A stretch of 8,896 nt of DNA. It comes from Octopus sinensis (lineage: Eukaryota). Below are positions 1 to 7,189 of this stretch, piece by piece (positions within the stretch are counted from its first letter, which is position 1; each line of letters starts with the position of its first letter). The notes below the pieces were generated by a model. The model was not told where the DNA came from, ran no database searches, and was given only the letters and a program-made list of their open reading frames with translations. The position numbers were made by a program, and so were the translations under genes. The stretch lies in NCBI RefSeq assembly GCF_006345805.1, contig NW_021828170.1:1-8896 (forward strand). Direction: 5' to 3'.

Positions 1-299
1 AATTCTCGTCAAGCGATGACGCTTCCCTCTTAATGATACGATAAGAAAATTACCCTGAGATATCCAATTTCCTTTTGCATCAACCAATCCTAAGTATCGT
101 AACAACTGTTGTACTTACCTGCAAATACAGGTGTTTTTAGCCTAAAGGTCCTAGATCATCTTTGATCTAGAACTTACAGGCGTCACTTTCTTTTCTATGC
201 CCACATTGCTCCAAAGATTTTATAATCGAAATGTCTTTGATATCACTGAAGACGTTAGAACGTGGTCTGTGAGTGATTAATCTATTATTTCTGGCCTCC

Positions 300-495
300 A
301 ACATCTCTCTGTTATCCAGTGAGTCGAGTTTACAATGGAGTAAACTTGACTAGTGATGGTGTAAAAGGTGGAATATTGAGAGGGTAGCATGATCTGCCAG
401 AAATAGAAACCAAGCCAACGACAGATCTACTGTTGTGTTCTTAGAACAAAGAAGGCCAAGGCAATATATTTTGAAATAGGCTGCGTCTGATATAA
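300..495 (+). mobile_element. Possible highly degenerate SINE-like interspersed repeat fragment (second family)
   Basis: GATCTGCCAGAAATAGAAACCAAGCC...CTACTGT...TCTTAGAACAAAGAAGG resembles my recollection of an abundant octopus SINE body. There is no second copy in the window to verify it and the boundaries are uncertain. Confidence 0.3.
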
Positions 496-584
496 ATGTG
501 TTTGTGCTATAAACTACCACAATTACTGCTACAAACGAGATTTTATGCCGTAAATACACTCCCTATTACATGTGCGTCTGTAGG

Positions 585-962
585 TTTTATCTTTTTGCTT
601 TTGGTTGTTTTAGTTTTAGACTGCGGCCATGCTGCAACATTGTCTTGGAGAATTTTTTTTTCGTTTTTTTTTTTCTACCTCAGAAATTTCTTCAAATTTG
701 ATACTTATTCTTTTGGTCTCTTTTGCCGAATCGCTTAGTTGCGTGGACGTAAATACACCAACAGCTGTTGTCAAGCGGTGGTGGAACACACACACACACA
801 CACACATACACGATGGGCTTTTTTAAGTTTCCTCCTGCCAAATCCACTCAGAAGGATTTGGTCAATTCAAGGCTACAGTAAAAGATGTTCAAGATGGCAC
901 GCAGTGAAAGTGAACCTGGAATCATGTGGTTAGGAGATAAAATTCTTAGCGCACAGCAACGC

Positions 963-968
<6 letters not shown>
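585..968 (-). mobile_element. tRNA-derived SINE, copy A (full length, diverged)
   Basis: Colinear with copies at 1030-1462 and 5699-6465. On + it reads: T-rich tail, GACTGCGGCCATGCTG, CTTTTGCCGAA, internal (CA)n, AAATCCACTCA, TGAACCTGGAATCATGTGGTT, and head ending GCCTGCAC. Confidence 0.85.
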
Positions 969-1015
<47 letters not shown>

Positions 1016-1021
1016 ATATAT
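966..1021. repeat. (CA)n followed by (TA)n microsatellite
   Basis: About 20 CA units then a TA tract, directly visible between SINE copies A and B. Confidence 0.95.
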
Positions 1022-1029
1022 GAGTGGGT

Positions 1030-1270
1030 ATTCTTTTATTCTTTTGTTTGTTTCAGTCATTTTATTGTGGCCATGCTGGAGCACCGCCTTTAGTCGAACA
1101 AATCTGCCCCAAGATTTATTTTTAGTAAGCCTAGTACTTATTCTATCGGTCTCTTTTGCCGAACTGTTAAGTTACGGGGACATAAATACACCAACATCGG
1201 TTGTTAAGTAATGTTTGAAGTCCAAACGCGGACACACAAACACACACACACACACACATATATGTGTGTG

Positions 1271-1302
<32 letters not shown>

Positions 1303-1462
1303 TACGACGGGATTCTTTCAGTTTCCGTTTACCAAATCCACTCACAGGGCTTTGGTCGGCCCCCGAGGCTATAGTAAAAGAGACTTGCTCAAGGTGCCAC
1401 ACAGTGAGACTGAACCTGGAACCATGTGGTTGGTAAGCAAGCTACTTACCACACAGCCACGC
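1030..1462 (-). mobile_element. tRNA-derived SINE, copy B (best preserved)
   Basis: The minus-strand head reads GTGGCTGTGTGGTAAGTAGCTTGCTTACCAACCACATGGTTCCAGGTTCAGTCTC, with an A-box-like TGGCTGTGTGG and a B-box-like GGTTCAGTC. It is followed by CCTTGAGCAAGT (CORE-like), an internal TA/TG microsatellite at about 1240-1304, and a 3' tail CCAGCATGGCCACA...ATGACTGAAACAAACAAAAGAATAAAAGAA. Confidence 0.92.
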
Positions 1463-1517
1463 ATATATATATATATATATATGCATATATATATATGTGT
1501 GTGTGTGTGTGTGTTGT

Positions 1518-1552
<35 letters not shown>

Positions 1553-1565
1553 ATGTGTGTGTGTG
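1463..1565. repeat. (TA)n-(TG)n compound microsatellite
   Basis: Directly visible. Confidence 0.95.
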
Positions 1566-1768
1566 CGTTAAAAAGGGAAATCAACACCAAGTCAAGATGT
1601 TTATCCTTTCAGCAAATCTACATCCAGTGAGTCGGAAATCCACGATAGTTCCATAACTCCCGTCTCGGTTACCAGCTTGGGACCCTGGTAATCCGTTACA
1701 AAGCACTCACCCAGCATACCTATTCGTTTAGATCACCTAACTAAACCCCTATAGTTTTATTTAAATAA

Positions 1769-1852
<84 letters not shown>

Positions 1853-1864
1853 GTGTGTGTGTGT
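1769..1864. repeat. Long (TA)n microsatellite with short (TG)n end
   Basis: About 70 bp of essentially pure TA, directly visible. Confidence 0.97.
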
Positions 1865-1865
1865 A

Positions 1866-2075
1866 TTCTTTTCTTTTATTCTTTTAACTTGTTTCAGTCA
1901 TCTGACTGCGACCATGCTGGAGCACCGCCTTTAGTCCAGCAAATATATATACGATGATTCTTTCAGCTTCCTTTTACCAGATAGGCCCCCGAGGCTTTAG
2001 AAGACACTTGCCAAAGCGTCATTCAGTGGGACTGAACCCGGACCATGTGGCTGGAAAGCATGCTTCTTATCACAC
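1866..2075 (-). mobile_element. tRNA-derived SINE, copy C (internally deleted)
   Basis: The tail and CCATGCTGGAGCACCGCCTTTAGTC match copy B. The sequence then jumps at about 1944 directly to the TATATACGA segment and continues to CAGTGGGACTGAACCCGGACCATGTGG. Confidence 0.88.
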
Positions 2076-2214
2076 ACACACACACACACACACACCACAC
2101 TATATTATAATATATTATATATAATATATATATATATATTAAGCATCAGCGTATGCATATTTCTGTACATATATATATGTATACATTTCTTCATATTTAG
2201 CGAATGATATCCGT

Positions 2215-2449
2215 TATCTTTTGCTTATTTCAGACATTAGACAGCGGCCATGCCGGGACACCGCTTTGAAGGGTCTAGACTGGCACTTATTCCATCGGTC
2301 ATTTTAAGCCGAACTGCTGGGGTTATAAACAAACCGATACCGGTTGTAAAGTGGTAGTGGGAGTACACACACGCAGGTGTATATATACGAGTGAACCCGC
2401 GTCCATGTGGTTGGGAAGCGAGTAAATTTCTTACCACATCGTCACGCCC
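2215..2449 (-). mobile_element. tRNA-derived SINE, copy D (diverged, internally deleted)
   Basis: GCGGCCATGCCGGGACACCGC, CTTATTCCATCGGTC, GCCGAACTGCT and TGAACCCGCGTCCATGTGGTTGGGAAGC...CTTACCACA are colinear with copy B. Confidence 0.8.
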
Positions 2450-2484
2450 GTAATTATACATGCATAACACACACCACAACACCA

Positions 2485-2514
2485 CATATATATGTATATT
2501 ATATATACATATAC

Positions 2515-2550
<36 letters not shown>

Positions 2551-2564
2551 TATATATTATATAG

Positions 2565-2612
<48 letters not shown>

Positions 2613-2620
2613 ATATGTAT
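2485..2620. repeat. Degenerate (TA)n microsatellite
   Basis: Directly visible. Confidence 0.95.
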
Positions 2621-2979
2621 GTGGTGTGTCTATCATCTATAACTGTGTGCGTTTCTAAGTATATATAACTTTAATAAATACGCATTAGTATAAAATGTAA
2701 TTATATGTACATATACATTTAATCCACACACACACACTCACACACACATATATGTACTGCTCTTTGCGTCTAGCTCTGTATATATGTAAATACAAATGGC
2801 AAGTGAATAGCTGTTTCCGCATCGTTTCATTATAATCTTCAGGGCCAATACGTGTTATTAGAAGCAATTTGCTGTTAGTGGTTTGTTCCTGGAAGTAGAT
2901 TCTCGTGCATGCACGCTTACACCCACACATACCTATGTACATATATAAAGGCGGTCATATTTCGAGATGTGTCCTCTGT

Positions 2980-3001
2980 GTATATATATATATATACATA
3001 C

Positions 3002-3055
<54 letters not shown>

Positions 3056-3150
3056 ATATATATTATATATACATATATTTATATAGTATGTGTGTTGGAA
3101 ATATATATATATGTGTGTGCCGTGTGTGTACATGTATTTATATATTATAT
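2980..3150. repeat. Degenerate (TA)n/(TG)n microsatellite
   Basis: Directly visible. Confidence 0.93.
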
Positions 3151-3218
3151 TTTATTGTAGGTTTTGCGGTGTGTATAGCTTCGTGATTCCGTTTTTATTT
3201 TATTCATCATAACATTGG

Positions 3219-3235
3219 TAATAATAATAATAATA

Positions 3236-3285
<50 letters not shown>

Positions 3286-3336
3286 TAATAATAATAATTA
3301 TAATAATAATAATAATGGTGATGATGATAATAATAA
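3219..3336. repeat. (AAT)n trinucleotide microsatellite
   Basis: More than 30 AAT units with a few interruptions. Confidence 0.97.
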
Positions 3337-3347
3337 CATTCATACTA

Positions 3348-3430
3348 ATGTTATTATTGCTGTTATTATTGTTAGCATTAACAATTATTTTCTATTAGTT
3401 TTATTAATGTTGTTGCTGTTGTTGTTGTGG
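3348..3430. repeat. Degenerate (TTA/TTG)n low-complexity tract
   Basis: TGTTATTATTG...TGTTGTTGCTGTTGTTGTTGTG. Confidence 0.8.
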
Positions 3431-3637
3431 ATGTTTAATTGTTTATTTCGTTTCAAGGAACATTCATACATTTACTCCCTTGAAAAACAAGAAGAAAAAA
3501 AAAATGATTCAGAAAAGAATAAATAAAAAAATAACAAGGCCAACAAAAAGTAAAAATAAGCAAGAAATAAATAAAAGACCGTAAAAAGCCATAACCGAAA
3601 GAAGATCAATCAGATTCTTGGTAGAATTGGTCAGCTA

Positions 3638-3681
3638 ATCGATAAGTTGTGTTCTACAAGCGGAACTAACAACTTATCGAT
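3638..3681. other. Short inverted repeat/hairpin in unique sequence
   Basis: ATCGATAAGTTGT (3638-3650) is the exact reverse complement of ACAACTTATCGAT (3669-3681). An inner GTTC/GAAC stem (3651-3654/3663-3666) closes an 8-nt loop. Confidence 0.85.
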
Positions 3682-3724
3682 AAAGATTACGGATTATAGT
3701 TAATATCGGAAGAAATCATTGTAA

Positions 3725-4022
3725 ATAACAACAAAAACAACAATAACGGGATCACAACAAATACAACAACAACAACAACATAAGAGTATTAACAACAACA
3801 ACAACATGAACAGAATCCGTACAGAAATCATAAGTGTAACAATAATGAAAGCGAAATCAACAACAAAAACTACGTGATCAGCAACAGCATCAACAACAGC
3901 AACGAATATAACTACAGCAACAACACAACAACAACAACAACAATAATAATAATATTAAGAGTTGCAATTGAACCACAAACAACAGCAACAAGTACAATCA
4001 CTTCAGCAACAACAACATCAAC
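3725..4022. repeat. Degenerate (AAC)n low-complexity region
   Basis: Multiple AAC/AGC/AAT runs. Confidence 0.85.
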
Positions 4023-4207
4023 AGGCGAGAAAGGCCGCGGCAGCGGTGAGTGCGACGCCACCGCCACCAAACAAAATGGCTGAAGAGAGAGAAACAAAAT
4101 ATAAATAGTGTGCTTGGATGATGTATGCACTGCTACATGCACATGGATGCAACTAGATATACACTCATGCATTATAATACATGCAGTTATAAACATGTAG
4201 TGACATG

Positions 4208-4229
4208 CATCTATCTATCTGTCAGTATG

Positions 4230-4312
<83 letters not shown>

Positions 4313-4455
4313 GTCTGTCTGTCTGCCTGCCTGCTTGTCTGTCTGTCTATCTGTCTGTTTATCTGTCTGTCTATCAGTTTATATGTCTGTCAGTCTGTCT
4401 ATCTAGCTATCTAACTGTCTGTCAGATTTGCCGTCTGTCTGTCTGTCTGTCCGTC
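4208..4455. repeat. (TATC)n-(TGTC)n compound tetranucleotide microsatellite
   Basis: About 20 pure TATC units grading into TGTC/TGCC units. Confidence 0.97.
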
Positions 4456-4459
4456 TCAC

Positions 4460-4524
4460 TCTGTGTGTGTGTGTGTATGTATGTACGTATGTATATATAT
4501 ATATAATATATAATATATATATAT

Positions 4525-4557
<33 letters not shown>

Positions 4558-4800
4558 CCGTGTGTGTATGGTATTCACAAATGTGTTGATGTATACTACT
4601 TACTTTATATACATACGTACAGACAAGTATATATCGCTCACACGCATATACATATCTGCGTGTGTTGCTTGTGCGCATATATACATATATATATGTATAT
4701 GTGGTGTGTGTGTGTGTGGTGTGTGTGTGTGTGTGTGTGTGTGTTTGTATGTGTAGTTACATATGTATATGTGTTAGTGTATATGTATGCATATATTATA
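4460..4800. repeat. Mixed (TG)n/(TA)n low-complexity region
   Basis: Directly visible. Confidence 0.9.
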
Positions 4801-4839
4801 CGCTTTGCCAAAACGAAATTAGACGCAACGTGAAATTTA

Positions 4840-4937
4840 TACAAACGTTGCTGCTACGCTTGTTTCGTCACTCAATTAATTTGATTAAAATATTAATCAA
4901 TATGGCTGACTGACGAAACAGGGTAGCAAGGTTTGTG
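4840..4937. other. About 98-nt imperfect hairpin (MITE-like foldback or pre-miRNA-like)
   Basis: TGTTTCGTCA (4861-4870) pairs perfectly with TGACGAAACA (4911-4920), and TTGATTAA (4881-4888) with TTAATCAA (4893-4900) around a 4-nt loop. The outer GCTAC/GTAGC and ACAAAC/GTTTGT segments also pair. Confidence 0.75.
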
Positions 4938-5091
4938 GATACTTTTAGTGCCGCCCTACTTCATCCCGTTCGATTGGCCGGTTTCAAGTATTCATGAACT
5001 ATCTCAGTGACGTGTATATTTCTCTTGTTCATTAATGATAATATGTGTGTGTGTGTGTTTGTGTATGCAAGTGTGTGGCTGTGTGTATTCA

Positions 5092-5463
5092 AATATTTTT
5101 CAGTCATTGGACTGCGGCCATGCTGGGGCACCGTGTTGAAGAATTTAGCCACACAAATGGCCCCCAGTACAATTTTTTTAAAGATCTGCAGGTTTTCTAT
5201 TCTGTTTTGAAAACTGCTATTACGTGGACGTAAACAAACGAACATAGGCACTTAAGTGGTAGTGGGGAACCAACACACATACAGACACACAGCTGCACAT
5301 ACACTCAGACATATGCATACGTCAGGCTTCCACACAGTTTCCATCTACCATTTTCATTAATAAAGCATAGGTTGACTATATAAGAGGCACTTGAAGAAGG
5401 TGCTGTAGAGAGGGGTTGAACCTGAAGCCACGTGGTTTCTAACTGAGCTTAATAAGCTACGTC
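5092..5463 (-). mobile_element. tRNA-derived SINE, copy E (old, diverged)
   Basis: TTTCAGTCATTGGACTGCGGCCATGCTGGGGCACCG, GTGGACGTAAACAAAC, internal CA-rich tract, CAGTTTCCATCTACC and TTGAACCTGAAGCCACGTGGTT are colinear with copies A and B. Confidence 0.8.
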
Positions 5464-5698
5464 GATATACATGTTTGTGTGTGTGTAGGTTTCTGTCTGT
5501 CTGTATTAGGTCCTCCTTCGTGAGACGACCCTCTCAGACATGGACCTCTGTGTCTAGCTTTAACCTCCACCTGGGCTCCTGAGCAAAATGATAAATAGTT
5601 GCATCTGCAGCACAAGTGTAACGATTGCAGGCAAACTATTGCACAGCATGGGTTGCACCTTTTTTTTTTCTATGTGTATTGTTCATTATTGCTTTATA

Positions 5699-5874
5699 GG
5701 CGCAGGAGTTACTGTGTGGTAAGTAGCATGCTTACCAATCACATGGTTCCGGGCTCTGTTCCACTGCGTGGCACCGTGGGCAACTGTCTTCTACTATAGC
5801 CCCGGGCCGACCAAAGCCTTGTGAGTAGATTTGGTAAACAGAAACTGAAAGAACCCCGTCGTGTATATATATAT
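5699..5874 (+). mobile_element. tRNA-derived SINE, copy F, 5' half
   Basis: GGCGCAGGAGTTACTGTGTGGTAAGTAGCATGCTTACCAATCACATGGTTCCGGG...GAAACTGAAAGAACCCCGTCGTGTATATA is the reverse complement of the copy B head. It ends in the internal TA tract. Confidence 0.92.
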
Positions 5875-6672
5875 AAAGAAGGGAAACGCAAGAAGGATCA
5901 ACCTATAACACTTAGCGCCGGAAAAGCTGATGATACCTGAAATACTAAAGGACCAAGAGAACACAAGGGGAAAACCGATGAACCTGTTAGGCACTTGCAG
6001 CCTTAAATCTGTCAGGCCGTAATTGCTGCTGTAGCGGAAATGGGTTAAACGTTATTTCTGTCGGATTCCCTTTTTCTTTCCTTTTTCTTTTATTCGTTTC
6101 AATCATTTGACTGTGGCCATGCTGGAGCACCGCCTTTAGTCAAACAAATCGAGCTCAGGGCTTATTCTTTGCAAGCCTAATACTTATTCTATCGGTCTCC
6201 TTTGCCGAACTGATAAGTTACATATATATATATATATATATATATTGTTTGTGTGTCTGTATTTGTTCCCCCAACATCGCTTGTCAACCAATGCTGGTGT
6301 GTTTGTGTCCCCGTAACATAGCGGTTTGGCGAAAGAAACCGATAGAATAAATACTAGGCTTGCAAAGAATAAGCCCTGAGCTCGATTTGTTTGACTAAAG
6401 GCGGTGCTCCAGCATGGCCACAGTCAAATGATTGAAACGAATAAAAGAAAAAGGAAAGAAAAAGGGAATCCGACAGAAATGACGTTTAACCCCTTTCCGC
6501 TACAGCAGCAATTACGGCCTGACAGATTTAAGGCTGCAAGTGTCTAACATGTTCATCGGTTTTCCCCCTTTTCAACCCGCTTGTGTTCTCTTGGTCCTTT
6601 AGTATTTCAGGTATCATCAGCTTTTTCGGCGCTAAGTGTTATAGGTTGATCCTTCTTGCGTTTCTCTTCTTT
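5875..6672. repeat. Long inverted repeat: arms 5875-6221 (347 bp) and 6313-6672 (360 bp), spacer 91 bp
   Basis: By manual alignment, 6054-6179 is the exact reverse complement of 6355-6480 (126 bp). The outer part has 6 substitutions and one 13-bp indel; the innermost 46 bp have 9 substitutions. Confidence 0.97.
6222..6465 (+). mobile_element. tRNA-derived SINE, copy F, 3' half
   Basis: Resumes with the TA tract, then TGTGTGTCTG...GTCCCCGTAAC...CCGATAGAATAA...AAAGGCGGTGCTCCAGCATGGCC...TGAAACGAATAAAAGAAAAAG tail. It matches the reverse complement of copy B 1030-1250. Confidence 0.9.
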
Positions 6673-7075
6673 CGGTATGCCCTGTTACAACCCCTTTTAT
6701 ATGCCGAGTGGCTGACAAGTGCGCAATGCGCGTCACTATTACACCTTTACCATGTTATTGCAATTCCTGGAATCTGCTTCGCAAATCAATTTCTATCTAC
6801 ATTCGATAGGAAGTATTGGAAGGTGTGGCCAATTTCTCCTGCTTAGACAAGTTGTTCACAAGTAATGGAATGATATAAATTGATGTGAAGAAGAGAAGTG
6901 TTTAAAAATCCGTCTGAGATCTGTTCAACAGTTCTGCTGTGAAGGTCTTGTTGCGTTCTGCAGTAGTTTTGCCAGCGGTTTACTGTGGCATTGACATAGG
7001 GAAGATGTAAGCAGAGAGGACGACAAGTCCTGGAAAACATCCCAAATGATGTAACGAGGTACAGTTTTAGCCGTG
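6480..7075 (+). mobile_element. Decayed non-LTR retrotransposon (RTE-clade-like) reverse-transcriptase ORF fossil
   Basis: Frame +1 gives ..YALLQPLLYAE.. (codons 6694-6708), resembling the RT motif LLYADD. Frame +3 from about 6786 gives SISIYIR*EVLEGVANFSCLDKLFTSNGMI*IDVKKR...KVLLRSAVVLPAVYCG, resembling the RTE post-RT pattern I.I.GE.LE.V..F.YLG..I.S.G....EV..RI...K...Y.AVVLP.LLYG. The motifs are in the correct order but carry stops and frameshifts. Confidence 0.55.
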
Positions 7076-7078
7076 CAA

Positions 7079-7140
7079 ATATATATATATATATATATAT
7101 ATATCATTATGATATATATTATATACAGTTATTGTACAGT

Positions 7141-7185
<45 letters not shown>
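7079..7185. repeat. (TA)n microsatellites
   Basis: Directly visible. Confidence 0.93.
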
Positions 7186-7189
7186 GCTC

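Noticed and set aside
322-351. 12-bp stem AGTCGAGTTTAC/GTAAACTTGACT, and imperfect stems at 5508-5547, 5594-5640 and 1669-1691
   Set aside because: They are short or imperfect, lack supporting context, and probably lie within decayed repeats or arise by chance.
2830-2886. TCTTCAG|GGCCAATAC... possible exon
   Set aside because: Weak donor, an early stop in the obvious frame and no recognisable peptide.
5699-5775. tRNA-like sequence with A/B boxes (also 1395-1462 on -)
   Set aside because: These are SINE heads; there is no intact cloverleaf and they continue into the SINE body.
5927-5942. CTGATGA-TACCT-GAAA hammerhead-ribozyme-like core (mirrored at about 6605-6620 on -)
   Set aside because: Only 5 nt separate CUGAUGA and GAAA, there is no stem II, and I could not find convincing stems I and III.
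5794-5994. ORF 5794-5994 (-) sharing FSWSFSISGIISF..AKCYRLILLAF with ORF 6583-6846 (+), suggesting a small gene pair
   Set aside because: The shared peptide is simply the consequence of the inverted duplication.
585-6465. Recurring GGCCATGCTGG motif read as CRISPR-like or regularly spaced repeats
   Set aside because: Spacing is irregular and every occurrence lies in a SINE 3' region; the context is eukaryotic.
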